Below, piece by piece: positions 48,116-61,539 of a stretch of DNA of 64,000 nt. Location of the stretch: positions 1,736,001 through 1,800,000 of the forward strand of contig JAWMAR010000101.1 in assembly GCA_036785375.1 (NCBI GenBank), read 5' to 3'. The position numbers and the translations under genes are program-made. Within the stretch, counting starts at the first letter, position 1; every line of letters starts with the position of its first letter. Source of the stretch: Leucoraja ocellata (Eukaryota). The notes below the pieces were generated by a model. It was not told the DNA's origin and searched no databases. It worked only from the letters and a program-made list of their open reading frames with translations.

Positions 48116-50044
48116 CTATGAACCACTGAGTTTGTTTTTGTAACCCCACCTTCTCAGGCGCAGAGGTCAAAGTCCAATTGATACAAGGCAAGACATTCAA
48201 GATTGTGATGAAAATAAATTTCTGCACCCATAGGGAGATGAACTTTTGGAATTCTCTAGCACAGAAGCCTGTGGAAGACAAATCACTGTATATATTTAAG
48301 AATGAATTAGAAAGACCTTAAGACACATAAACCATTAGGGAGTAATGGAGAGAGAGGGAGAAATTGTATTGCGATCAGCCATAAATCAGCCATGATTGTG
48401 TTGAATGGTGGAGCGGGTTTGAAGTGCTGAATGGCCTTATGTTTCTATATTTCTATACCTGTATTGGGATATGGACCATTTTAGTGCACAATTCTGTCCA
48501 CTGTTGTGGAGTCATTGAATCATATGGTGCATATATAGGCCCTTCAGCCCATCCCATCCCATCCGTGCCAACCATCAGGTATTCGTCTATACCTTCCCCA
48601 TTTATCAGAAATTGGTCTGTAAGCTTCTTATTCCTTACCTTATCTCTTCTGCCATTTCACTTTTATATACGTGGACATACGTACATGCATGCCACAGACA
48701 ATGGGATGAGGGAAGCATTTTGATTGAATGTATTCATTTTCATTCCCTCAATGCACGTGAGTTGAATATTTGATCTGTTGCCATTTCATCCGGTGAAGAT
48801 ATTCCCAAAGTACTGATGTGGACGGTATTCAAGGATTTAGAGCCTAAAACATCAAGCTATTTTCAAGTCAAAGAGGTGACATTGAAGTATTTAAATATTT
48901 TTTCAGGCATGGCTCAATCTGCCTCATTGAATAACCAATGCAACAAGATCTCACTGATGTGGGAGCTCAATAGTTTGATGAGGGTGGGGGTAGGGGGATG
49001 GTGGGGTGGGTATTGACCCAGGTGAAACACACTCTAACCTAATGTTACTTTATTCATTTATGGAAGCGGTTGAAAAATATCTACAGAGTAGAAAGTCAGG
49101 TCCTTGACTTTGTTCAACCATGTACAGTACCTGGGGCAAGAATTTTAAATTAAGCCATTGATATGAATTGTCTGTTCTTCATACTTGAGTAATCCATTAA
49201 AAGATTCCCATGATGAATTTCATATCTTCAGGCAGGAGCTCAGTGAATTAATTTCCCCAAAAGACAAAAGTGTGTAAGGTGTTTCTAGACCTATCTGTTT
49301 AATCAGATTTCACAACTGTGTTTAAAAAATTATTCATTTTTCAAATTCACTTTTCTCTATGTATTAGTCTGTTCCCTTATGTTTGCATGGGGTAAAGTTT
49401 CATTATTCCTTCTGTGGACTGAAAGGCACACTGAATTGAATGCACATCTTTCACAAGCCTGCTTAAACATAACTTGTTTTACTGTTCAGATATACATCAA
49501 ACCACAAAAATACTGTCTGTGTCAGTGACAAAATATATCAAAATCTTTGTGGTACTGTAATTCATAGCAGATGCCTTATTCTAACAGATACTGGTTGCAT
49601 CTTTGTTGGGGGAGGGCTTCCTCTGTCTCCAATGCCGCAGAAATGAGAAATTCTTCATCAATGTACAGTTGCCTTGCTCAAACAGATTTTTCAATAGTGC
49701 TCCTTAATGCTTTGGTAAGCAATTAAAGAGTGCAAGAGTTGTGTAAGAATGCAATTCGTGAGCAAACCCCATATTAAGTCGTCTCTGAAAATACATAGAA
49801 AGAAGCGAGGAAAAAACAGGCTGCTGGAGGAACAGTGAGGAAGAAATGAGTTGCCTTCCTAATGAAGGCAAGCATGCTCAATGTCTACTTCACTTCAGTC
49901 CACCAGACCTGCCTCTTTCAGGGAACCATGCACCCGTGCATCCAAATATCTCTGTTCCACAGCATTCTCGATTGAACCAGAATCCCTGGAGCTGTAAGGT
50001 AGCAACACTACCACTGTGCTACCGTGCCACCCAATGTTATTTTA

Positions 50045-50345
50045 CTTTAATTTAGTTTAGAAACACTGCACAGAAACAGGCCCTTTGGTCCACTTATTCT
50101 GTGCCGACCAGCGATCCCCATACACTAACACTATCCTACATACTAGAGACAATTTGTACCGAAGCCAATTAATCTACAAACCTGTTCGTCCTTGAAGTAT
50201 GGGAGGAAACCAGTGCACCCGGGGAAAACCTATGTTGCCATGGGAAGAATGTATAAACTCCTTAAAGACAGCATCCAGAGTCAGGATTGGACCTGGGTCT
50301 CTGGTGCTGTAGGTAGGAACTCTAGAACGGCACCACTGTGCCACC
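50045..50345 (-). mobile_element. tRNA-derived V-SINE (HE1-like), near full length
   Basis: Head GGCACAGTGGTGCC...CCAGGTCCAATCC, V-domain, and a (CTAAA)n tail. Confidence 0.82.
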
Positions 50346-51799
50346 CTACTAAATTATCCTGATTAGGATAAATTCATTGTTTTCTCTTAATTGTAGAATT
50401 TGACCTCTGCTAAGGTAGTTATAAGAGGATTAGAAACGAGTGTATCTTTAACTGAAATGCAAAATATCCTTGCTGCTTGTCTAATTACCCATGGCCAAAG
50501 CATTAATGAGAAATTTTGGAAGATGATTCATTTTTCAGAAAGCTACCAACTGTCAGATCTTCTTGAAGGACAGTATGTCATATTCTTTGGGGAAAACAGT
50601 GCAATGACCCCAGAAACCTGAATTATAGCTGTTGTTAATTTTCTAACCTCGGGGTCTGTTCAGAGATATTTGACATTGTATTTTATCTAGAGGTTGGGAA
50701 GTTGGTGCTTTTACAGTCTTGTGCAGTGGCTAACCTAGTTTATCAAAGCTCTGGCTCACAATATTCATCACAGAATAGGCAAAGTGTTTCAAGTAGTTCT
50801 TGAAAATATGCTGAAGGGAATCAATTATCTCCACAAAGCTGTCTGTGTCTCTCTGTCAATGATACACAATAGATGTAAAATGAAGCAAGACTGCTGAATG
50901 AACTGTCAAATGTACGTTGCTAGGGGCAGGGAGGAGAGAGAGAGAAACTACTCATCTAGCTGAGGCGCAGTCAAAGAGTGTTATGAATAGAAATCTTCAT
51001 TTTACAGCTTTCCCTGAGGTAACATTTTATTCTTCAGTGTTCCCAGTGCAAACCCTCTCAGAACAGAAGTGTGCACTAGAGATCTGAGTGGGCCACTTGT
51101 CAGTCACAGACCATTAAATTGTACTGGAAACGCTGCCTGATACTTGAGTTGGGTTCCTGAAATCACCTTTTTACATGTTTGAGTCCTGTTTCACCAGCAT
51201 TTTTGTTGCAGCATGTTCCTATACAATCCACATACTTCCAGCAAAGAATAACAAGAGGCAGTCAGATTCTTCAGCCCACCTAATCCATGCCAACTATCAA
51301 GCAGCCATTTACTCTCATCATGCACTAATCCCCCTTTTTTCTCCCCAAATTCCTGCCACCTCCCCCAGATTCAACTCCTCACCTACACACCAGTCAATTT
51401 ACAATGGCCAATTAACTTACCAGACTTTGTGTTATGGGAGGAAATTAGAACAGGCAGCACACAGGTACAACATACAAACTTCACAGACAGCACACAGGTC
51501 AGGATCACATTGGATCCCTGGAACTGTAAGGAAGCAGCATAAAAAGTTGCTTCATTGTGCCACTATTATCTTCAATGATCTTTCTCTCTCCCAATTCAGT
51601 AAGCATTTTGGTCAGTTTTGCCCATTAGTGCCAAACAGCTTATACATGCTGTGCCTCATCATAAAATATAGCTCCGATTTTGCAAATGTAATGAAATTGT
51701 TTGGATTCGTGTCAAATACCACAGACCAGCAGCGACTTGGATAGGCTTAGAAAAGTACAGTAATAGTGAATTTGGAAATTCTCTTCCTTTCAATCCCAT

Positions 51800-53448
51800 G
51801 TATTGAGGGATCAATATGAGGTTCAAAGTAAAAGAAGTACTGACACTTTTGAAAAATATAAAAGTGGATAAGTCTCCAGGTCCTGACAGGATATTGCCTA
51901 GGACATTGAGGGAAGTTAGTGTAGAAATAGCCGGGGCTATGACAGAAATATTTCAAATGTCATTAGAAACGGGAATAGTCCCCGAAGATTGGCGTACTGC
52001 GCATGTTGTTCCATTGTTTAAAAAGGGTTCTAAGAGTAAACCTAGCAATTATAGACCTGTTAGTTTGACTTCAGTGGTGGGAAAATTAATGGAAAAGATA
52101 CTTAGAGATAATATATATAAGCATCTAGATAAACAGGGTCTGATTAGGAACTGTCAACATGGATTTGTGCCTGGAAGGTCATGTTTGACTAATCTTCTTG
52201 AATTTTTTGAAGAGTTTACTAGGGAAATTGACGAGGGTAAAGCAGTGGATGTTGTCTATATGGACTTTAGTAAGGCCTTTGACAAGGTTCCTCATGGAAG
52301 GTTGGTTAAGAAGGTTCAACTGTTGGGTATAAATGCAGGAATAGCAAGATGGATTCAACAGTGGCTGAATGGGAGAAGCCAGAGGGTAATGGTGGATGGC
52401 TGTTTATCGGGTTGGAGGCAGGTGACTAGTGGGGTGCCTCAGGGATCTGTGTTGGGTCCATTGTTGTTTGTCATGTACATCAATGATCTGGATGAAGGTG
52501 TGGTAAATTGGATTAGTAAGTGTGCAGATGATACCAAGATAGGGGGTGTTGTGGATAATGAAGAGGATTTCCAAAGTCTACAGAGTGATTTAGGCCATTT
52601 GGAAAAATGGGCTGAAAGATGGCAGATGGAGTTTAATGCTGATAAATGTGAGGTGCTAAACCTTGGCAGGACAAATCAAAATAGGACGTACATGGTAAAT
52701 GGTAGGGAATTGAAGAATACAGTTGAACAGAGGGATCTCGGTATAACCGTGCATAGTTCCTTGAAGGTAGAATCTCATATAGATAGGGTGGTAAAGAAAG
52801 CTTTTGGTATGCTAGCCTTTATAAATCAGAGCATTGAGCATAGAAGCTGGGATGTAATGTTAAAATTGTACAAGGCATTGGTGAGACCAAATCTGGAGTA
52901 TGGTGTACAATTTTGGTCGCCCAATTATAGGAAGGATGTCAACAAAATAGAGAGAGTACAGAGGAGATTTACTAGAATGTTGCCTGGGTTTCAACAACTA
53001 AGTTACAGAGATAGGTTGAATAAGTTAGGTCTTTATTCTCTGGAGCGCAGAAGGTTAAGGGGGGACTTGATAGAGGTCTTTAAAATGATGAGAGGGATAG
53101 ACAGAGTTGATGTGGACAAGCTTTTCCCTTTAAGAATAGGGAAGATTCAAACAAGAGGACATGACTTCAGAATTAAGGGACAGAAGTTTAGGGCTAATAT
53201 GAGGGGGAACTTCTTTACTCAGAGAGTGGTAGCGGTGTGGAATGAGCTTCCAGTGGAAGTGGTGGAGGCAGGTTCATTGGTATCATTTAAAAATAAATTG
53301 GATAGGCATATGAATGAGAAGGGAATGGAGGGTTATGGTATGAGTGCAGGTGGGACCAAGGGGAAAAAAAATTTGTTCGGCACGGACTTGTAGGGCCGAG
53401 ATGGCCTGTTTCCGTGCTGTAATTGTTATACGGTTATATGGTTATATG
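51800..53448 (+). mobile_element. CR1 LINE, 5'-truncated, uninterrupted 525-aa RT ORF (51816..53393)
   Basis: KSPGPD, NYRPVSLTS, MDFSKAFDKV and GVPQGSVLGP are present; the catalytic motif reads CADD. (GGTTATAT)n tail; no endonuclease domain. Confidence 0.97.
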
Positions 53449-55027
53449 TAGTAATCAGAGATTATCAGTGACAAAATACCAAACTACTTTGTAGATCTGT
53501 GCACTTCTTTAATGGCTGCTGCCTGCTATTAACAGGGATTTCATGAGTGGGTGCCTACAAAGGGGATGATTAGCGTCAATGCATTGGAGGCCGACCAAAC
53601 AAGGGTGCAGTTCTTTTAATCAAAGATTTGCACAGAGACCCAAATGATTGTGTGAAAGACACACAATGTCAATGAATTTAAAGCATTAAAAAACTGGTAT
53701 TTGAAAAAAGTGCTAATGTAAGTGGTTACTCCATTGTCTAGTTTGCGACACTTAATCTGTGAAAAGCATGAAACCAGCACAAATGATTCTATCTTGCACC
53801 TTTAGACAGCTAACATAATTATATCATTTACATCTTCCTCCAATGTGATTTTGAATGTTAGAATGTGGGCATACTTACAGAGGTGCAAAGTAACACTTTG
53901 CAGAGTTCAATGCAAAGTTCACAATACAAAGTTCAATGCAGCACATCTTCAGCACAGATATCATGTGAAATCCTTGAAATAACCAAATAGTATTAATAAC
54001 ATTCAAGAAGAGCAAATTGAGAGGTGCCTATAACATTTTTATTTGCAGATTGAATAAAATGCCTTTATGCTTCTAATAAAACATAGCATTCCACAAAATG
54101 TCAGAATGCTCACACTTCACATTTGAGAGTTGACTGGAATCAGTTGAGAGCTGTGCACACTGCAGTTGTAAAATTGTAAAGTTCTTACAAATTTCAAAAG
54201 GGACGATATGAAAGAAACATAGTTAAAATGGAACAGGAACCTTTTTAAAAATTCATTCCTGCAGCACGAGTTTAACATAGGTTTGGAAACACAGCAACAA
54301 AAAGAAGGTCTTTTCTCAGCAAGGTTAGTGGGCGAGGAAGAATGCTGGGTCTGTATTCTGAGAATCCTTCCATTTATCTCTGCAACCCAGTCCACTTGCT
54401 GAAGGAAGGCTCAATTCTCCCAGAATAACTGTTCCTAATTCTGCAGATTGTTCAGTGATGGGTGACTCAAGACCAAGTCTGTCTATCCTGCTGTCCACGA
54501 TTAAGGAAAATCAAGCAAGTTTGTGTGTAATAAGAAATTCTGGCCACAAAATAGCTACAAGTATTTCTAAAATATTTCCTCTCTTATCTAATCTCTCTTT
54601 AGCTATATATGCGAATGCCACAAGAGGCACAGGTAGTAAAACATACCTTTGGTTACTGTTTGAGCAAAGTTTGCATACTCTCCTTGTGACCACATGGGGT
54701 TTCTCCAGGCAGGCACTCCAGTTTCTTTCCACATCTCAAAGACGTCCAGAGTGGAAAGCTAATTGGTCACTGTAAATTGCACCTGATGTGCAGGCGAGTG
54801 GTGGAATCTTGGGAAGAATAATAAAATGGATGAATTTAAGATTACTGTGAATGAGTGTTTGCTGTTTGGTATGGGCTGGGCCAGGGAGCCCATTTCCATT
54901 TAAACACAAGGAACTGCAGATGCTGGAATCTTGCCTGGAAGAAAAATATTCGAGTAACTCAGCAGGTCAGGCAGCATTTCTGGAGGACATGGATAGGCGA
55001 CATTTTGCTTTGGAACCCTTCTGCTGG

Positions 55028-55318
55028 TTAGTTTAGTTTAGAGATACAGCATGGAAACAGGCCCTTCGGCCCACCGGGTCTGTACCGACCAGCGACTCCT
55101 GCACATTAACACTGTCCTACATCCACGAAGGACAATTTTTACATTTGCCAAGCCAATTAACCCGTGACCTGCGTGGGTTTTCTCCAAGATATTCGGTTTC
55201 CTCCCACACACACGCAGGTCACGGGGAGAGCGTACAAACTCCGTACATACAGCACCCGTAGTCGGGATTGAACCGGGGTCTCAAGCGCTGCATTCGCTGT
55301 AAGGCAGCAACTCTACCT
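55028..55318 (-). mobile_element. V-SINE (HE1-like) with an internal micro-inversion
   Basis: (CTAAA)n tail and head with GGTTCAATCCC. The V-domain segment 55161-55210 is in the opposite orientation. Confidence 0.82.
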
Positions 55319-55799
55319 GGGGTCCTGTTTCCATGCTGTATTTCTCCGATTCTAGGACTTTTCCTAAATCTGTTCATCTCAATTATCTGACACTTTCAGA
55401 ATCTCCCAAATAAATATTTATCCTCATTTCCAAAAAGAGCACCATAAAATGCAGCGTAACACCAAAAAGCTATACATTCAGGAGAAAAAGAAAAATTAAA
55501 TAAGAATAAATAATGCATGGATATAATATTATAAATGGCTGAAAAGAGTCTTCAGGAATATAACAAATTCGTATCATAAACCTCCATTGCAATACATTTA
55601 TCCTGGTCAAGACTGAACCTCCATTTAGACCAATAAGGTGAATACTTGAAAGAAAAAAAAGTAGGAATTTGCATCTAGTTCCCAATACAAAATGTGCACT
55701 TCTCATAAGGATTGCACCCTGTTCCCAATAACTCAGGGTTAGGCTCCAAATACTGGAGTAGATAGCAACCTTTTGTTGCTTCTGAAGCAATGGCACCTA

Positions 55800-56045
55800 A
55801 ACACAAATAGCTGCAGATGCTGAACACTGGAGCAAAAAGTCCTGGAGGACTCAGCAATTAGGCTGCATCTGTGGAGGGGAAATGAAAAGTTAACATTTTG
55901 GGTTGAGATCCATCATATGGACAGGAAGGGTCTGGATGCGAAAGGTCAACTGTCCATTACCCTCTACAGATGTTGCCTAACCTGTTGAGTTCCTGCTGCA
56001 GTTTGTTTTCTCGCTCCTGATTCCAGCATCTGCAGTCTTTTGTGA
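55800..56045. mobile_element. Degenerate inverted pLTR dimer
   Basis: CTGCAGATGCTG...CAGCATCTGCAG arms with degenerate hammerhead-like centres. Confidence 0.7.
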
Positions 56046-56924
56046 CTTCTGTGCCATTGCTTCATAAGCAAGAAAAGGCTGCGTTCTACTCCAGTATTCC
56101 TGCATAACCCACATCTTTACCACTGAGGATGATTCTAATTTGTTGGGAAAGCAATTGCTTCTGATACAAAACAATTCTTGGATAAAAATGGCATTGAATT
56201 TAATAGTTAGGTCTCTCGGTGAAAGAGTCTGCTGAATTACTGCACACTGATGTGCAGACTGCACATTCTTGCAGATTTTTATGATTCATAAATCGAGTCA
56301 GATGACTTGTGCCACACTGCAATAGTATGACAGGAAACAAATTAAAAGAGATTTTGTGCAAGGCAATTGCTTCTGCATGCCTAATCCAGAAACATGCAGC
56401 TAACAATCAGTGAACAGTTATAATAATGCTTTTTTTAGGTGTTGTTCAGTTTTATTAAAATGTGTTCAACACTGTTAATCCCATGTGATTGTTTCTGCAT
56501 CAAACCATTTTCAGATCTTAAACTAAATCCCAACGTTTCATTTGATTAAGAGAAAATGCTTAATGAACATCAGTATATCACATAGCGAAACTAACATTGA
56601 AGCATACAATACATAAATGCATGAAATACAGAAACTGCATATTTTTACTCATAGTTAAAATAATTCAGAAGGAATTTTGTCTGAATTTGATAGCATCAAA
56701 AATCAGGCGCAGGAACTGAATATTTAATCTGAGTGCTGTGATTACAAAGCTGGCAGCACACCTGGTTTGAGCTCTCTGCCACCATTCCTTGATATCAACC
56801 TCCAGCTAGCTTTAACTGGGCGCATCAGCAGTGAGCCAATATCATGGCTGGCACCTGTTAAAGGTGATCTGCACATCTTAACGGAGCATGTATTGTGACT
56901 GGAGAAAGTGATGGCACTTATTAT

Positions 56925-57465
56925 ATAGTCATACAGAATGGAAAAAGGCCCATCGACCCAACTTGTCTAAGATGCCTATCTATGATAATCCCATTTACCT
57001 GTATTTCACCCATATCCCTCTAAACCATTCCTGTACATGTATCTCCCCAAATATCACTTCACTGGTGTTATTGAACCTTCCCCAGGTAGCTCATTGCATA
57101 TACCTACTACTTCTTGTGTTAAAAAGATCCCTCTCAAATTTCTACTAAATCTGTCCCCTCTCTTAAACCTATGCCCTCTATTTCTTGACAATCAGCCCGA
57201 AGAAAAAGGCTGCATTTACCGTATCTATACCCTTAATGATTTTACAGGCCTTGGTAAATTCCCCCCTCAGGCTCCTACATGTTAAGGAATAAAGTCCAAC
57301 CCTGCCCAACCTCTCCTTATAACTTAATACTTTGAGTCCTGGCAACATCCTCATATATCTTTGCCCTTTCTCCAGTTTAATGGCATCTTTCCTATAGCAG
57401 GGTGACCTAAACTGAGCACAATACTTCACCTATGGCCTCATCAATGTCTTGTACAACAGCAACAT
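56925..57465 (-). mobile_element. Old CR1 3' fragment
   Basis: ORF 57178..57429 (YCAQFRSP.YRKD...RMLPGL..LSYKERL). Confidence 0.8.
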
Positions 57466-57869
57466 AAAAAAAAGAAAATCTAATTGGGGAAATGATGAAG
57501 TATGGTACACAACAGGAGCGTGTGAATTACAAAGATTTCAGATGCTGCAGTGAAATGGTGCAGAGACGGAGAAATGTCTTTTACTAGCAGGAACCCTGGA
57601 AGGACTCCAGCCAAATGTAGAGGAACCATGAAGATTTGTGCCAATCTCAAGGGCCTGGATTTAATACCACAGAACTGCAAATACTTCATTTATGGTAAAG
57701 AACATTGAATGCATCCTTGGAATATTGACAGGAAAGTGCTCAAAGCGGTATTCAGAATCATTTACACACAGGTTACAGTTGAAATGTGCAAAGGTTTTTT
57801 CTATTAGCAATTGTGGAGGCACAGTGGTGCTGCGGTAGAGTTGTTGCCTTACTGCGCCAGTGGAAGGCC

Positions 57870-58385
57870 TCATCTGGAGAACCAATGTGGTGGAGGCAGA
57901 GAAATTGAAGGAAAGTTGTCAGAAATGGTCCAAGTGAATTTGAGGGCTGGTAGAAATTAGTGACAAAGTTGATGACATTGGGGAATCCTGCATGGGTGCA
58001 GGTGGTAGACCCAATGCAGTTGTTTGTGCAATGGAGAAAGAGTTAGGTGGGAGTGCCACAGTACATTTGGATAAAGGATGCTCCACATAGCCAATAAAGA
58101 GACAGGTATAGCTAGGGTCCATGTGAAAACCCTTGATGACCATTTGATTTGTGGAAAAGGAATGGAGTTGAAACAGAGATTGTTGAAGATAAACTCAAGT
58201 TGACCAGACAGAAGAGAGAGTTCGTAGAGGGGAATTATTTGGATCCATTCAAGAAAAGAAGTGAGAGCTCAACACCCTACTGATGTTGAATAAAAAATGT
58301 ACAGGGAATGTTATATATCCATGGTATAGATGAGGCAGTGTGCTCAGGACATTGGAAGTGTTGAAATGATGGAGAGTCTGTGAGG
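57870..58385 (-). mobile_element. Penelope-like RT fragment (degenerate)
   Basis: ORF 57919..58143, IKG..MDPSYTCLFIGYVE, resembles the PLE motif G.AMG...GPSYA.LF.G..E. Confidence 0.65.
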
Positions 58386-58571
58386 AGATCTGTATGGAAT
58401 AGGTGCAGGAATAGGCCATTTGTCCCTTTGAGCCAGCAAACGAGATATGAGGAGATACGTTTATTGGGCGAGAGCAGGCTAAAACAATAGACCTGCCAAA
58501 ATTAATTGGAAACATCGCAATTTTGCAGACAATTTTGTAACAATACAATGGGCGTGGATTTTAATTAGATA

Positions 58572-59726
58572 CCAGACCGTGGGACCCGTTGGGCCCTGTC
58601 CCCCAACGCGGTGCGGGGGGGGGGGGTGCGCATTGTCACACGGGATGGTGGTCCCCGAACGCAACGTCGGCGCTCATCCCAGAGACAGGCGCCCCCCGGA
58701 GCCAATCACCCCATAACCCGTTCCCACAACGTAACCACTACGCCCAACGCAATATTCCACCACTCACCCATAGCCCCCAACTGCGCAGGCGCGACCCATT
58801 TCCCCTCATCCCCCAACACTACCTCCCCCTCTTCTTCACCCTCCCTCTTCTCTCCCCTCACCTCCTCCCCTCCCTCCTTCACCTCGACTTTTGGTTCGGC
58901 GTCAGCGCTCCCTGGAGCCAATCAATCTGGTGGGAGGGGGGAAGGGGGGCAAAAATCTCACTCTCTCCTTACTCACCTTGAAGCTGCTGATCCCATTGCC
59001 TCTCTGTCACCTCTCCCTCCCTCTCCTTTTCCATACCCTCAGTCCCTCCCTCCCTCACCTCCCCCATAAAAGACAATGTTTTAGTGGTCTGAGAAACGAC
59101 TACTGGAGTATTCAACAGATCTTTATCCAAAAGTTCGATATCCAGTATACAGGCTCTCCAGACATGTCTGCCCACAACGGTGGTCAGCGCTGACCTAACA
59201 TGAGCAAGTGAAAAACCGCGCAAAACAAGCAGCCCCTCCCGAGTCACATGACCACGGCTTCCGAACGCCGGGTTAGATATATGCGTGTGCTAGCAGGCGC
59301 CGCTACAATGTTTAAATAACATTTATTCTCCTCCCGTCCCCCACTCCGTCAACTCTCATAGCTTCTGTATTGGCAGCAGAGATCCATTGTGATCATTTTT
59401 GCTTGTTGGAATGTTCACTGCAGCGTGTGCCTCAGATCACATTGTGATGTCATTTCTGGTTTTCGGAATCTTCACGGCAGCTTGTGTAAATGAGATCCCA
59501 TTGTGATTGGATGACTGTGAGATGCCATTGTGACAAAATCACTGGAAGCTGCTGGAAAAGTCTCCCACTCACAGGCTATTATTTTCAAAGTTGGATTTTT
59601 AAAAACTTTAAATATCAATAACGTGAAATATAACATCAAATGTGATGAAATGATACTAACGACCAAGGGAAAAAGCTGAGTAAGATTCTGCAAACAGTTT
59701 CGCGCTTGCTGTGTACCGTTTTGATC

Positions 59727-59783
<57 letters not shown>

Positions 59784-59809
59784 AGATGAGACTCTTAATA
59801 GTATATCGA
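58572..59809 (-). mobile_element. Complete non-autonomous Helitron-like element (1.24 kb)
   Basis: Minus strand: A|TCGATATACTATTAAGAGTCTCATCTTG...GGGCCCAACGGGTCCCACGGTCTGG|T. This gives a 5' TC, 3' CTRR, subterminal hairpin, A/T target and no TSD. Contains (CTGT)n at 59726-59778. Confidence 0.8.
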
Positions 59810-60867
59810 TTAGGATAACACAAACGCAGGTTGCTCAATCTCTCAGGTGATAAATTCTACCCATTTCAAGTCTCAACCGTCCTTAATGTACTTCTGATTT
59901 ATTGCGCTGAATGTGCCTCCTAACCCAGTTAGCAGGGTTTGCAATTCTGCAGGTTTGGCCAATTTCAGAAGCTGTCGAGACTGATGTCTGATGTCCCTGT
60001 GATTTTCTGGAGCCTGGAGCATTCTCCTAATTCACATAGTCCCACAAAAAAACGTTGATACTTATATTTTTTGTGTTCTGTTGCAGTACCTTTAGGCTTA
60101 ACTAAAAAAGTATCCATGGTGCAGGCAAGAGATTAAAATGTTATGTGTATCTTCTTCACATTTAAATTTACATTGATAAATGGAGGATCACACAGACTCA
60201 AACACATAATATACAAATATACATCCAAATTGAAGGCAACGTCAAAGAAGAGAACCATTCTCGATATTAATTGAAAAGCATATTTTGAATTTCAAAGGCC
60301 ATATAACTGATAAATATACAATAAACTGTTTGTTGTGCACAAATTACTTGTTGTGTCATTGTGTACATAATGTAAAGTTGCACCAAATAAGAATTTAATT
60401 GTTCCATTCCCAGTGCATATGACAGTTAAACACTTTTGACTCTTGGCATCATTAATTTTGCACAGAGATGCAGAGAGTAAACCTACAAATTGCTGGAATA
60501 AAATCAATTGGGTTGCGCCAGATATATCATAACTTTCAAAGTCAGGCCTCAGTATACCCTGCATGTCAAAGAGAGCCATAGGGGAAGAAATAAATGAATG
60601 GCTGTTATAAGTTATTACCAACAACATGCTCGTTTGACTGAAAGTGAAGGAAATTAAATCAGAATGTCGGCAGATTAGCTCTAAATTAAACTAAAACAAT
60701 GAGGTACAAATATAGATGGCACATTTGAACGGACCAATTTCCCTTCCAATCTATAAATTGTACATTGTGAAGTGACAAAAAATGAGTGCTGTTATCAATG
60801 AGATAAAGTGGGCACAAAAGGCTGGAGAAACTCAATTCTCCACTAAGCAATCCAATTGACAATATAC

Positions 60868-61105
60868 ATTGAAACATAGAAACATAGAAAATAGCTGCAG
60901 GAGTAGGCCATTCGGCCCTTCGAGCCTGCACCGCCATTCGATATGATCATGGCTGATCATCCAACTCAGTATCCCATCCCTGCCTTCTCTCCATACCCCC
61001 TGATCCCTTTAGCCACAAGGGCCACATCTAACTCCCTCTTAAATATAGCCAAGACATTAGACAATAGGTGCAGGAGTAGGCCATTCGGCCCTTCGAGCCA
61101 GCACA
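60868..61105 (-). mobile_element. Two adjacent CR1 3' termini
   Basis: AGAAACAT-tail terminus at 60868-61030, then a second terminus (AGACAATAGGTGCAGGAG) at 61038-61105. Confidence 0.88.
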
Positions 61106-61539
61106 GCCAATCTCCCCTGATATTAAGCTGAGAACCTCTCCCATCTTTCCTCATTTCCTCTCCAAACTATTGTTTTTTGATCTAAAACCGCAGTTGGAAA
61201 TTTAATTAGATGAATATTTTATTGTGATTTTTTTTGTAATTTCAGGGTTCTTATGCTTTACTGCTTATGATTCTTTGATTGTTTGTAATCCATACAGGTC
61301 ATGACAAGCTCCAGAACTTAATATTTGAGTTTTATTAGCACTGCTGTGCATACATTACCCAATACAATGCCTATTATAACCACAGGCAAAAACAGACAAG
61401 AGCGGTTGCAGGTTTAATCCTCCTCCTTCCTCTACACAGTAATGGAAAGGATCAATAGTCAACAAAAGCTTTTTGGGGCCAGTAATGTGCATTTATTTTT
61501 TTCCACATACATGAAAATGTAAGTCGTCATTATGAACTT

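Noticed and set aside
50250-50345. tRNA genes (also near 55260-55318 and 57815-57860)
   Set aside because: These are degenerate tRNA-derived SINE heads, mostly attached to V-domains; no full cloverleaf is evident.
51175-51744. 189-aa ORF upstream of the CR1 RT ORF as a CR1 ORF1
   Set aside because: It overlaps an antisense degenerate V-SINE and unique DNA and has no ORF1 or esterase features; it is a chance ORF.
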